Shown: positions 42,705-54,167, numbered from the stretch's first letter. The stretch is DNA of 64,000 nucleotides from Histomonas meleagridis 2922-C6/04-290x (GCA_020184695.1 JAANOX010000259.1:85612-149611); one strand, 5' to 3'. Translations and numbers: made by a program. Notes: generated from the sequence alone by a model not told the origin.

Positions 42705-45188
42705 ATGTTTTTTCTCCTAATTTTAGTGCGCTCTTTTGATACATTTATTACTGGTTATGGAACAACACTTACCAAAGATAGTGAAGGCTGGTTTACATTC
42801 CCAAGCGGTCATGAAGTTGCTTATACATCAGAAAAGATTGAATGTAATCCAGGTGATTCAATATTAATTACTGTAGAAACCATTTCAGATAATAACGGAT
42901 ATATTTCTGCAGGAGTTGCACCATGGAAATCAGATGGTAATGTTAATGGTTGGGTAGTTGGTCTTAAATATACCTTAGGTGATTTAACAGTCCAACAACT
43001 CACAACATATTGTGTTATCCCAAAAGACACTGTTAGTTTTTCACCTAGTATAGTTTTTTACGGGTCACAACTTAAATTTCGCAGTATGAATTATCAAATT
43101 CTCGATCATTATGATTTACCCGAAACCACAAATGTTGTTTTAGAGAACACTAAGCTTAAAGTTAATTTTGATAATTTAAATATTACAGTTTTAGATAAAA
43201 TCACATCACGCGAATGGACACAAGTTCTACCAGAAGAAGAATACACTGTAATTGTAGGCAACACCATATCAACCAGCACGTATTTATTTACTTTATTTAA
43301 GGAGGGAGAACTTTATTATATAAATTTCACATTAAATGATGACACATTAACATATACGATAAATTGCGATGAAAGTTCAACCAAAGAAATCCCAAAATAT
43401 CCATATGCATTTATAAGTAAAATCGGCGATAAGTTTATAATCCCATATGGCGAAGGATTTTCGTATCCTTCAAATCAAGGAACAATTAAAACTGACATTG
43501 GTTCAATTAATGGACTGTGGTTTGGGATGTGGGAATTATCGATGCCATTTATCGGACTTACAGATGATAAATCATCAATGATAATATTATATGATACACC
43601 TTATGATGGAGAGTCACGAACATCGACATATTCATTAACTAATACATATTCACTTTGGCATTATTTCTCATTAGTCAAAGGGAAATTTTCATACAAAAGA
43701 CAAATTCGTTATATCTTTATACAAGGTAATCATGTACAAATCGCAAAGCGTTATCGCGAAGTTGCTAAATCGAAAGGATTATTAAAAACGTTTAAAGAGA
43801 AAGTAAAAGAAAACCCAAACATTGATAAGTTAATTGGATCAGTAAATGTTTGGTTAACAGGTTATTGGGATCTTAGTCTTAAAAACAAAGATATTTATCA
43901 TGAAATGCAATCGCTAGGGATCCAAAAAATATTATCATCATCAACGATTGATAATGAAGTCAATTGGATAAATGAGAACATGAAAGATATAATAACAAGT
44001 CGATATGATAATTATCAAGATCAATATGATCCTGAATGGTTAGAAAAAGGTTATGTAAGTGATTTAGGGCATTCATTACCAGGCGCTTATCCAAACGATT
44101 TATTAATTGATGAAAATGGTGATTATAAAAGTTCTTGGACAACAACGAATTTATCAAATCCTAATCAACAAATCCCTTTACCAGTTTTATGTGATAAACA
44201 AGCAATACCTTATGCGAAGCAACGCTTAAATGAAGAAAAAACAAATGATGTTAATTATCAATGTCGTTTTATAGATACTACAATGGCTACAGAATATCGT
44301 GAATGTTATCATGCAAATCATTTAATGACAAAAATCGAATCAAAAGATGCACGTGTAGAATTATTAAAATATTTTCATGACGAAGAGAAGATAATTATTG
44401 GTACTGAAGATGGAAGAGATGTAGCTATACCTTATTGTGATTATTTCGAAGGAATTTTGACGCCTGTTCGATTTAGACCACCATTAAATCAATTATGGGA
44501 ACATTATGATCAAGCATTGGATTATATATTAGAAAACACCGTCAATGAAAACGTGAGAATTCCTTTATTCGAATTGGTTTATCATGATTGCGTTATATCT
44601 TATTGGCATTGGAATGATCATAATTCAAAGGTTACTTCGATTTGGGATAAAAAGAATTTGTTTAATGTTTTGTACGGATTGCCGTCAATGTTCGTTTTGG
44701 ATCAATCGTTTTGGAATAATAACAAAAACAAATTCGTGGAAACATATAATATGACTTTTAAAGGCGCATACGAAAGTGGTTACCACGAAATGACTGATCA
44801 TGTCTATCTGACGGAAGATATGAAAGTGCAACAAACAAAATTCGAAAATGGTTTAAATATTATCGTTAACTTCGGTGCCGAAAATTTTGTTTATAATGGA
44901 ATGACAATTAGTGCACAAGGTTATGTCCTGTTTTATGATGATCAAGAAATAGAAAATACTTCGGAAATTGAAGAAGATAATACTTCTGATGTTAAAGAGG
45001 ATAATCCTTCGGGTGTTGATGACGATGACGACAATGATAATGAAGGAAACAGCGGAATGAAAAGTTGGGAAATTGCAGTGATTGTTGTGGTTGTGGTAGT
45101 AGTCTTAATTGTTGGCGGCGTTGTTGGGTTCTTTGTTTATAGGAAGACAAGAAAGGACATAGGAAGTGAAGACGAACCTGATATATAA
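42705..45188 (+). CDS. Type I membrane glycoside hydrolase-like protein (GH101/GH129/DUF5696-like catalytic domain, N-terminal CBM-like module)
   Basis: Short signal peptide; RFIDTT; GTEDG; IPLFELVYHDC; acidic linker; TM IAVIVVVVVVVLIVGGVVGFFVY; short tail. Family assigned from motif memory. Confidence 0.65.
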   Translation: MFFLLILVRSFDTFITGYGTTLTKDSEGWFTFPSGHEVAYTSEKIECNPGDSILITVETISDNNGYISAGVAPWKSDGNVNGWVVGLKYTLGDLTVQQLTTYCVIPKDTVSFSPSIVFYGSQLKFRSMNYQILDHYDLPETTNVVLENTKLKVNFDNLNITVLDKITSREWTQVLPEEEYTVIVGNTISTSTYLFTLFKEGELYYINFTLNDDTLTYTINCDESSTKEIPKYPYAFISKIGDKFIIPYGEGFSYPSNQGTIKTDIGSINGLWFGMWELSMPFIGLTDDKSSMIILYDTPYDGESRTSTYSLTNTYSLWHYFSLVKGKFSYKRQIRYIFIQGNHVQIAKRYREVAKSKGLLKTFKEKVKENPNIDKLIGSVNVWLTGYWDLSLKNKDIYHEMQSLGIQKILSSSTIDNEVNWINENMKDIITSRYDNYQDQYDPEWLEKGYVSDLGHSLPGAYPNDLLIDENGDYKSSWTTTNLSNPNQQIPLPVLCDKQAIPYAKQRLNEEKTNDVNYQCRFIDTTMATEYRECYHANHLMTKIESKDARVELLKYFHDEEKIIIGTEDGRDVAIPYCDYFEGILTPVRFRPPLNQLWEHYDQALDYILENTVNENVRIPLFELVYHDCVISYWHWNDHNSKVTSIWDKKNLFNVLYGLPSMFVLDQSFWNNNKNKFVETYNMTFKGAYESGYHEMTDHVYLTEDMKVQQTKFENGLNIIVNFGAENFVYNGMTISAQGYVLFYDDQEIENTSEIEEDNTSDVKEDNPSGVDDDDDNDNEGNSGMKSWEIAVIVVVVVVVLIVGGVVGFFVYRKTRKDIGSEDEPDI

Positions 45189-45336
45189 ATAAATTATTGT
45201 TAGTTTAGGAAAATATTAAATATAGAATGAATGAGAAAGTATTATATGAATTTTTATTAAAATATACATAGAAAAGATTAATGTTATAACGTACAAATAT
45301 GTTAATTCTTCATGAAGAATTGGAAAGTAAGAAAGT

Positions 45337-45852
45337 TCAAATTGTGATTTGATTTTTTAGTTGTTTGTTTTCTTCAAGAAGATTATCAATTAATTCTAAG
45401 ATATTTAGGTATTTCCCGTTGTTGCTTTTGTGGTACACTGGATCTGTTTGAACAGTTTTTGGTATTTTAGCTATTTTTGGCGTGATGCAATGTGAAGATT
45501 TTTCTTGTCTTGGCGTTTGTTTACATGTACACTTTGCTGTTCGTATGTTTGGGCTTTTTCGTGGGGATAATTGTTTTTGTTTTAATTCAAGGATTTCTTC
45601 TTGAAGCTTTTGATTTTCTTCAATTAATTGAGAAAGATATTGATACTTTTCTTTTTTAGTGGGAGAAAATTTTGAAGTATTCATTGTATGATTACTTTTC
45701 CCAAGCTTCTTTACTGGGTTCATTAATTCTATTTCATCAGAATAATCATAATATGAAGAAGTTGTTTCTATATTAGCTTTTGATGTTCTGTCCGAATTTT
45801 TTTGTTGCGCTTTATTTAAGATGGGTGTTTCCTTTTGCTTTATTTCTTCCAT
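45337..45852 (-). CDS. Hypothetical small coiled-coil protein
   Basis: About 170 aa, with a LIEEN(Q/K)(K/Q)L motif twice. Confidence 0.55.
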   Translation of the reverse strand: MEEIKQKETPILNKAQQKNSDRTSKANIETTSSYYDYSDEIELMNPVKKLGKSNHTMNTSKFSPTKKEKYQYLSQLIEENQKLQEEILELKQKQLSPRKSPNIRTAKCTCKQTPRQEKSSHCITPKIAKIPKTVQTDPVYHKSNNGKYLNILELIDNLLEENKQLKNQITI

Positions 45853-45924
45853 TTGTTTTTCTGGATTCAAAATAAATTATTGAAAAAGTGAAAAAGCGCG
45901 CGGTTATTTGAGATCTTTGTTTAC

Positions 45925-47139
45925 TCAGCATAGCCCTGTTCTAAATTCATAATTACCAGCATTTGCAACGTACTTCAAACCCTTGAAAGACTTATAAGTA
46001 ACTCCTTCAACTTCAAGTCTGTCCACAGTGAATCCAGATGGTGCAATACCAACTGTATTGAACTTAGCCTGCACAATTGGGAAGCGGCCGGCAAGATCGA
46101 AGCCTGTTTGTGTAGAAGCGCTACCAGTGAGGGTTATTTGATCCTTTCCATGAAATGCTCCAATTGTCCAAGTAGCTTCTCTTGTAGCGCTATCATATGA
46201 AGCACGACCAATCTGCGGAGCGAACGAAGGAACTGTGACGCCATCTGGAAGGTCGAAGCTTACCTCGAGATTGTTAATTACTTTTGGAAGATTCTTATCT
46301 GGCCTAAGAATAATTTCAAAGGAAACACTTCCTCTGCTCCAAGTGAACTTTGGTATGATGAAAATTGGAAGATTTACTTGGGTTGCAGTAACACGATATT
46401 TCATAAGAGTAAATTGGTTGTTGGGTGGAATGAATGTGATGGTTTTAGAATCAGAATAATTGTTTTCTACGCAACGATGGAAAGAAACATCTTCATAATG
46501 TGTATTTGACTTTAAATACAATTTGCATGTTGGTGTTCCTGAAAGTCTGCTTGTAGCATCAATGGTTCCTCTGATGTGACAGAAATCCATACGTCCATGT
46601 TCAGAGACGGAAACATCGATTGTTTCAATTACATCAATTAATATTTCATTTGTAGTTCTCTTGACGTTACATTCACGCCATGGTTTATCAAGATCAATTT
46701 GAAGCCTCTCTCCTTTGGAATAATCAGAGGTTTGTCTCGTTAATAAAGTATGAATCAAATTCCCTTCATCGAAAAGTGGATAACCAAAATCAACAGCAAA
46801 GTCAAGGATTCGATAAACCTCAGGATATTCATCCTTGACTGAGAATTCAGTAACACCATTCTTCAGTTGTGTTTGAAGAAGTTTTCCAATGTATTGAAGT
46901 ACTGAAACGCCAAATAAAGCAAATTCATCACCTTCGCAAACGCCGACAATCCAAATGTCGCCTCTTGGAAGAAGTAAAATTGATAAATCACCATTTTGGA
47001 TTATTCCAGGAACAACTTTTGTATGATCCTTAATTGCTATGCAAGCAGCATCTATATCACTTCTTTTGATTTTTTCACGGTACTGTTTTTCGATGAGAAT
47101 GACGCCTTCTTTGTTGACCAAAAAAACAGCAGAGATCAT
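45925..47139 (-). CDS. AP3M: Adaptor complex medium subunit, AP-3 mu-like
   Basis: N-terminal longin domain MISAVFLVN..G.ILIEK; PWR...K.T.NE...DVIE; SFHRCV; FIPP...F.LMKY; KG.KY...AG.YEFR. Confidence 0.85.
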   Translation of the reverse strand: MISAVFLVNKEGVILIEKQYREKIKRSDIDAACIAIKDHTKVVPGIIQNGDLSILLLPRGDIWIVGVCEGDEFALFGVSVLQYIGKLLQTQLKNGVTEFSVKDEYPEVYRILDFAVDFGYPLFDEGNLIHTLLTRQTSDYSKGERLQIDLDKPWRECNVKRTTNEILIDVIETIDVSVSEHGRMDFCHIRGTIDATSRLSGTPTCKLYLKSNTHYEDVSFHRCVENNYSDSKTITFIPPNNQFTLMKYRVTATQVNLPIFIIPKFTWSRGSVSFEIILRPDKNLPKVINNLEVSFDLPDGVTVPSFAPQIGRASYDSATREATWTIGAFHGKDQITLTGSASTQTGFDLAGRFPIVQAKFNTVGIAPSGFTVDRLEVEGVTYKSFKGLKYVANAGNYEFRTGLC

Positions 47140-47603
47140 TGGAACTTTAACCGATGCTTTATCGTTTTAACCGTTGGTGTTGTTTACATTTGATTTTTCT
47201 TGACTTTACATTTAATTTTTTTTTCTATGTTCTTAAAAAAAACTTCTGTCTAATAAAATGATACTACATAAAAATTTTTTCTGATTTGTATTTTGTAAAT
47301 GAATAAAAATTGTTTAAATCATTAAATAAGATTAATATTAAAATATCTACATTTTTCTTGAGTTATGTTTTGTTTACTTTATTTTGTAAAATATTCAATA
47401 ATGTCATCGAAAAGTGAATAAAAAAATTTCTTTTTCTAAAAATTGAAATGAAATTATCCATAATCTTTTATGTAATCATGTTTATTTATTTTTAGTTATT
47501 ATAACACTTAAGAAGCTAAGCATTTAATAATTGTTATGATTTTAAAAGAAAACAAGTCAATTCAAACTTTGATGTGCACTTTGATGTTCTAAATGATTTC
47601 ATA

Positions 47604-48815
47604 ATGGAAAACAGCAAATTTCGAATAAATGCAAATCCAATACGAAGCACACCAAAGGTTGAGCCATTTGACTTATTCGATCCAAATAAGAATGCGCCAA
47701 TAAAGTTCAATTCGTATTTATTTCTTCAAACTAAAGACACTCCAAATTTCACAATCACAGATAACAAAATTTCAATGAGTGAATCACCAATCACAAGTAA
47801 ATACCAGCTACAGCACATATTTACATTCACCAAAATCTATGAACAATCTGATAATAACATATTCCAAATGATATCCAATGAAACAGACAAAAATTTATAT
47901 ATTTTATATGATGACAACAACAATGATTACGCCAATTCCTTTATAAATTATTTCCCAAACAGTTTATTTTCCATATTTAAAATCGCAAACGATGAATTAT
48001 TCGACGTAACAAATGATAAACAATATAAAGGGAATCAAAAAGAGATAAAAAGCGATGAAATCGAATTCGGACTGATACCAAAAGACAAAACTTTATTAGT
48101 AACGAGTCGAAGCGCAAACAAAAAAATAATTTTTTTGGATATAAAATCAAATTTCTCCATTTTGCATTCGATAATTACAAAAAGTAAAACGAAAACAAAC
48201 AAATTCATCAAAAGTTTCATTCCGAATTTAAATGTTTTGGTGTTGTCAGTTATCCATAACGAATTAAATGTTTCGATTTTATCAAAAATTTGCCCAAAAC
48301 CAAAATCTGTTATAATACCGAAAAACGAAAACATTGGAAACGATTCGTTAAATGACGTTTTAAGTATTGTCAATGATTCGTATTCGAATTCGCAAAAGAA
48401 TCAAATGTTATTAGACCAAATGATCCAAAGTTATAACGATGAAATTACTGAACTATCGAACGAAAACGTAAAATTAAACGAAAACTTAATGAAAACAAAG
48501 CAGAAATTTTTGGAAATTAACGAAATATATATCAAAAACATCGAAATGAAAGAAGAGTTATGTCGCAAGAAGACTCTAATGGAAGAACTGATTACAAAGT
48601 CTATAAACTTCACCAGACATCTGAAGAATAATTACCAGCATTTCTCATACACAGTAAAGAGCATCGAGGACCAAATGAAGGAACTGTTGGACCTGTTCGG
48701 AAGTTCGTTGGAGGTGAAGGAGAACTTTAAGAAGGAAATAAAGCAAATCGAATGCGAATTCGAAGAGCTGAAATCCGAAATTCTGAACTTTATTCAGAGC
48801 GAAGCCGTTAAATGA
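47604..48815 (+). CDS. Hypothetical protein with C-terminal coiled coil
   Basis: About 400-aa ORF; may continue in another frame beyond 48810. Confidence 0.6.
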   Translation: MENSKFRINANPIRSTPKVEPFDLFDPNKNAPIKFNSYLFLQTKDTPNFTITDNKISMSESPITSKYQLQHIFTFTKIYEQSDNNIFQMISNETDKNLYILYDDNNNDYANSFINYFPNSLFSIFKIANDELFDVTNDKQYKGNQKEIKSDEIEFGLIPKDKTLLVTSRSANKKIIFLDIKSNFSILHSIITKSKTKTNKFIKSFIPNLNVLVLSVIHNELNVSILSKICPKPKSVIIPKNENIGNDSLNDVLSIVNDSYSNSQKNQMLLDQMIQSYNDEITELSNENVKLNENLMKTKQKFLEINEIYIKNIEMKEELCRKKTLMEELITKSINFTRHLKNNYQHFSYTVKSIEDQMKELLDLFGSSLEVKENFKKEIKQIECEFEELKSEILNFIQSEAVK

Positions 48816-49788
48816 GCAACAAACGCATTTCGAAAAAGTTATTCGCAGCTGTGAAAGGAAATCACTGGAAGACATTTCGTGTCGACTCTGGTTCGATATG
48901 AGGAGAAAATTTCGCTGCGAATTATGGACATTGTGCTTATGTTCAGTTCCATTCGGTCCATTTGGTGAGTGGCGTTCATTGACATCGAAAGAACGGGAAA
49001 ATGTGCAGCAGTTAACTGCTCTGTCGTCATCCAACGATTTATGTTGTGCCAACTGGTGAATTGCAGCAAAACTACAAACGCGTTACTCTTTAATATCAGC
49101 GAAAGTTCTTACTGAACGTCACAAATGTATTGTGTTATCTACTGGTGATAGTCTCGTACAAGTTGCATCGCAAACTATAGATTCTATAGTTGCATCGCAA
49201 GCTATAGATGGTATGACAACAATACAATCTGTGATTCAGCCAATGGTAGCATTATGGGGTAAGGCAAGAGAAGTATCCATGTTACCTGGCGGTGGTTTTT
49301 GTGCACATGTTACCAAAGTACATATCAGCAAAGCCTACTGCTCAAGATGCAGAAGATGGAAAAAAGAATTTGGACGTAAAAACAGCTGTTTTTCCATCTA
49401 ATAAATGCGGGTGATAAAATGCCCATTCACTTTCCGAGAGCAGAAAATGACATTTAATTAAAGCATCAAAGTTTGATGTATAAAATCTATGTAAACAACA
49501 CAAATTAAAGTGAAGTGAATTCACTTCATTCGAAATATATATCAGCAAAAAGAATTTATTTGTTTATTCGAACGATGTTTGCGAAGTGAAATAAAGTCAA
49601 TTCTCAGCCTCCATCAAAAAGTGTTATTTGACTTTCTGAAATAAAATAAAAATAACTTTTTACATCATTGGCTTTACTTTGAATTAGATTTTAAAAATAT
49701 AAAATTTTGTTTATATTTGATATATTTGAAAAATTATGAGAAATCACCATATATCAGATGAGCTATATGCATTCGGAATCTGACGTAG

Positions 49789-50076
49789 TTACGGTTTGCA
49801 CGGATTGATAACGGTCAATCAAAAAATGAAAATAAAACAAATAATATATTTATTATCATTGGAATTGTAGTTGCAGTAATTATCGTTATAGTTGTTATTA
49901 CCATAATTATTATTCGCTTTAAACAAAAGAATAAAGAAAATAGTACAGAATCAGAAGTGGAATTAGAAAACAAAGACGAAGTAAATCATTATTCGGGAAT
50001 TGTTTCCTTGAGTAACATAGATGAAGACCCATTCGCAGATGATTTCATTGAAGATAATAACAAATTATTTCTTTAA
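49789..50076 (+). pseudogene. Orphan TM helix plus cytosolic tail of a surface-protein gene (not in ORF track)
   Basis: FIIIGIVVAVIIVIVVITIIIIRFKQKNKE...SNIDEDPFADDFIEDNNKLFL*. No in-frame ATG; TAG at 49786. Confidence 0.7.
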
Positions 50077-50647
50077 GTAATTTTTACCCAATAAATAATA
50101 AATATTAAGTTTAAATATACTTTTTAAGTTGTTGTTTTTGAATAATAATTGAATGCATTTTTACTTGGTGTTTGTGAAAAAAAATTTATTTTCGCTATAA
50201 ATTAATTTGTTACAAACTTAAATTAGTATGCTATCATGAAAAATATGAATATCTAAACAGTGTTTTGATATTATATTAAAAAATACTACAAATTATGTGC
50301 ATATAAATTGTGACTTTATTTTAATTCAAAAACATTTTAAAAAGAGGTTATGGTGTCTGAAAAATTATTCTATGTTTGAATAACTTTGAAATGATCAAAT
50401 TGGTAAAAAATATCAGAAAGAAAGATATGCCGAACATTTACAGCTCCTTTCATCTGAATTAAGTGGGATATATTGCAATTCTTTCAAGAAGCACCTTAAC
50501 GTCTTTATTTAAAACCGTTTTGAATTTGTTCGTAACCGTTTGTAATTGAATATATTATGATAGAACTTTTTGTTAGAGAAAAGATGGATTTTGCTTCAAA
50601 TTTTCATAAAAACCGATATAAAAAATTTTGTTGGGTTAATTAATTGT

Positions 50648-51370
50648 TTACTCTTGTGGTGTGTCTTCTTGTGTCCATAGTGAAACATTATCACGAAGGA
50701 GTTGGAGAATCATTGTTGCTTCAGAGTATGAGTTATCAGTATTGTCATCAACAATTTGGCTGCATTCGTTGTAGGTCTTTTGGGCAAGTTCAATAGCAAC
50801 TTGCTTTTGGCCAATGATTTCGTAAAGGAAAACGGAGTAGTTAAGAATAAGTCCAAGTGATGTTGGCCTTGATGGTGGGATTTCATTCTTAGCGATTTCA
50901 AGGGCGTTTTCGTAGCATTCCTTAGCCTTGTTAGCTGGTTCTTCCTTTTCAGCTTCTGGCTTGGATTCGCAAACATAACGGTAATAGTCGGCCTTAAGCT
51001 TTTCGTAGAAAACACGTGCTTCTGGTGTGTTGGCAGCTGGAAGGAGCTTTTGGTCAACAAGGGCAATAACTTCACTGCAGTACTTCTCAAGTTCTTCGAG
51101 GATTGTCTTCTTGTATGCTTGAAGTTGCTCAACACGTGCAGTGTTTCCACGGCTTTCTTCATGATCAATGATAGCAGCAATCATACGGAGACCATTACGG
51201 CGGGATCCAACAATGTTCTTGTAGGCAACAGAAAGGAGATTACGTTCATCGGCGTTTAAGTTGGGATCAAGGTTGATGACGGTCTTCATAGCATCGACCA
51301 TTTCCTGGTGGCGTTCAGTTTGATCGAGGATTTGGGCCATAAAGAGGGTAACTTCACGTTCGGAGGACAT
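50648..51370 (-). CDS. 14-3-3 protein
   Basis: ERNLLSVAYKNIVGSRR, KLKADYYRY, LGLILNYSVFLYEI, MILQLLRDNVSLWT. Confidence 0.97.
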   Translation of the reverse strand: MSSEREVTLFMAQILDQTERHQEMVDAMKTVINLDPNLNADERNLLSVAYKNIVGSRRNGLRMIAAIIDHEESRGNTARVEQLQAYKKTILEELEKYCSEVIALVDQKLLPAANTPEARVFYEKLKADYYRYVCESKPEAEKEEPANKAKECYENALEIAKNEIPPSRPTSLGLILNYSVFLYEIIGQKQVAIELAQKTYNECSQIVDDNTDNSYSEATMILQLLRDNVSLWTQEDTPQE

Positions 51371-51373
51371 TTA

Positions 51374-51380
51374 AAAGTGA
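51374..51380 (-). promoter_or_regulatory. Parabasalid-type initiator (TCACTTT) upstream of 14-3-3
   Basis: TCACTTT lies 3 nt upstream of the ATG. A similar TCATTT precedes DJ-1 (58719-58724) and TCATTA precedes PIBF1. Confidence 0.6.
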
Positions 51381-52151
51381 AATGTCAGCATCCCACTTTT
51401 TGATAAAAAAATCCGTGGCTCATCATAAGGCGGTTATGGCTTGAAAAAGGTGTTATAAATGGAACTTTTTCTATAGTAAAATTGTCATCGTTGGGAGAAT
51501 CGAAGGACAATTTAGAGATTCCATCTATAAAATTATTGGTGTTATATTTTACGAGTTTAATAGTGGTCCAAATAATTCAAAAAAATTTAGAATTATAATT
51601 TAAATTTCATTCTCTTTTTTATAGTCATACCAAATGTTGGTTTGTATCAGTGTTTTTCATTGGAAATAGAACAAAATGGGCAGGGTGCTACAAACGATAG
51701 GAATAGGAGATATGTCACTTTTAGAGCAGATATCCACTTTGCAAATGAAGCAATAAAATAAAACAATCACAGTAAAAAAAATTGAAGACACACATGATCA
51801 TAAAAATATCGTTTACACATCTCCACTTAAGAGCTTTTTCGAGTTTTGAGATCATTAAATTAGAGACCGTTTGCGTTGGGGGTACTTTTTCATATCAAAT
51901 ATCCCTTTATGTATATCATATGAGATTTATCAAAAAGTTCAGACGTTCAATAGTTTATATTGGGTTACTGATAAAACTTTTTGAGTATCATCGATCGGAT
52001 GGTGTGACCAAAAATAACCGTTGCATAAATTTGAAATTCACTAGACTTTAATCGTCATTCTGATTTTTCTTTTGACCGTTTATTTGAACAAAAGTTAAAT
52101 TCGGTTATTTGAATGCTGTTCAAAGTTTGGCATTTTTTGGTATTAAAAAAA

Positions 52152-53720
52152 ATGGAAAAGAAGAAAACCAACTATTTTATTGGAATTGATTTTGGTGAGA
52201 AATACTCTTCTGTTGCAATCTATAAAGGTTCTGGACCTGAAATATTGAAAGGAAACAGTGATGATTATGCGATTCCATCATATGTCTTTTTTACTGATGA
52301 TGAAATAGTTGAAGGAGAAATAGCAAAAGATCTATCGAAAGATAATCCAGGAAACGCTATTTATGATTCCAAATTTATGCTTGGACGAAAGTTTGATGAT
52401 CCTGTTTTTCAAGAGAGAATGAAGAAATGGCCATTCAAAGTTATCAGTTCTATAAATGGAGAACCATTTATTGAAGTTAAGTTCCAAAATAAGAATCAGT
52501 ATTTCTCACCAGAAGACATTACTTCCCTTATTCTAAAACGCTTAAAAAAAATGGCAGACGAATATCTAAGCACAAATATCGAGAATGTTATGATAGCTGT
52601 ACCAGCCGATTGGCGTTATGATTATCGTAGAATAGGCATCACTAGAAGCGCGGCACAAAAAGTAGGTTTAAATGCTGTGAATTTTGTGTATGATCCAATT
52701 GCTGTAGCCATTGCATATAAAATTAAAGAAAAATATAAAACCGGAAGTGTTGCCCTTGTCTTTGACTTTGGTGGAAATGCTCTTAAAGCTTCTCTTTTAC
52801 AACTTTCAGATGGTGATCTCGATTTCGAAATTTTATCTTCAGTACGCAAGGATATTGGAGGTGAAGATTTTGATAATAACCTATCTGAATACATTGCAAA
52901 TATTTTCAACGATAAAAGAAATATAGATCTTCATCAAAATTATCGATCAATGTTCTTGTTAAATTCTGAATGCGAAAAAACTAAAAAGATCCTATCAAAT
53001 AAGCAAGATGCGATACTGGCTAAAGCTCAAATAATCAATAATCTGGATTTGAAACAAAAAATAAAAAGGAGAGAATTCGAAAAGTTGAACTCGTCACTTT
53101 TTGATAAAATATTGGAACCTGTTTACGATGCTCTTACAGAAGCATGCCTCAAGTCAGAAGATATTGATGTTGTTCTTCTAGCTGGCGGCACTTCGAAGAT
53201 TCCAAAGGTAGGTGAAATCTTAGGAAACACCTTCAAAGGAAAAGTTATTTCGAACGGTATAGATCCTGAACAAGCAATTGTTTTTGGTGCAGTAATGCGA
53301 GCAAAAGATCTCTTTGAAGAGAAACCAAAGAATAATGATGATGATGATGTACCATTTGTCAAAGAGCCAACTAATCAGTTGAAACATTCAATTGGAGTCA
53401 AAACAGGGAAATCAAAAATGAATTTCATATTTAGAAAAGGACAAGAATTGCCTGCAAATTCTAAGCCATTTAGATATAGAGCAATGGCTATAAACCAAAC
53501 ACGATTACGCTACAAAATTTATATAGGTGAGAACCAAGACACAAACAAAAATGAATATATTGGAGAGTTCATAGTTGACGTTAATGCAACCGAAGGAGAA
53601 AAAGTTATGATTGAGGCAAGATTTGAAGTTGATGAAAATGGAACAATTACTGTTGTTACAACCGACCCAAGCGGACAAAAATCTAAAACAACCATAAAAT
53701 CGGAAAAGCTTTTCAATTGA
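52152..53720 (+). CDS. Divergent Hsp70-family protein lacking the C-terminal lid
   Basis: GIDFG, IPSYVFF, FDFGG, IGGEDFD, LLAGGTSKIPKV, PEQAIVFGA; partial substrate-binding beta domain. First ATG at 52152. Confidence 0.85.
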   Translation: MEKKKTNYFIGIDFGEKYSSVAIYKGSGPEILKGNSDDYAIPSYVFFTDDEIVEGEIAKDLSKDNPGNAIYDSKFMLGRKFDDPVFQERMKKWPFKVISSINGEPFIEVKFQNKNQYFSPEDITSLILKRLKKMADEYLSTNIENVMIAVPADWRYDYRRIGITRSAAQKVGLNAVNFVYDPIAVAIAYKIKEKYKTGSVALVFDFGGNALKASLLQLSDGDLDFEILSSVRKDIGGEDFDNNLSEYIANIFNDKRNIDLHQNYRSMFLLNSECEKTKKILSNKQDAILAKAQIINNLDLKQKIKRREFEKLNSSLFDKILEPVYDALTEACLKSEDIDVVLLAGGTSKIPKVGEILGNTFKGKVISNGIDPEQAIVFGAVMRAKDLFEEKPKNNDDDDVPFVKEPTNQLKHSIGVKTGKSKMNFIFRKGQELPANSKPFRYRAMAINQTRLRYKIYIGENQDTNKNEYIGEFIVDVNATEGEKVMIEARFEVDENGTITVVTTDPSGQKSKTTIKSEKLFN

Positions 53721-54167
53721 GATCTTAATTGTCCAATTGGACAATGATGTGTTGTACAAACTTATACTAATAAATCATACTTTAGCTTACAGGAGCATCT
53801 GTAGCTTGTTTTGTTTAGTGCAATTTTTCTTCGATTTTTGGAAATTTGTTAAATTTTTTTTTGCTTGATTTTGGAAGCAGAAGGAAAGCTTGTTCATCAA
53901 ATGGTGTAGTGAAGCTAAATATTTGTAAAAATAGAATAGTTTGACGAGTTTGTAAATAATTTTTTCGATTTTAAAAAAAGACAAAAAAACTTATCTAATG
54001 TTTTAGCAAAGGCACTTATACTTTCACATTGTTGCTCCTTTACGTGAATAATTTTGGAACTTATAATGCCAAAATCAATTTTATCCGAAATTTCATTGAA
54101 AGAGACTTTTCATTTTCCACTGAAATAAAAAAGCAAAAATATAGGATGCCTTTTAGGAGTGGTTGTT

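Noticed and set aside
51660-51810. Possible FAR1/WRKY-like MULE DNA-binding remnant (…YVTFR…KTITVKKIEDTHDH).
   Set aside because: Too short and broken; the Cys ligands are not visible.
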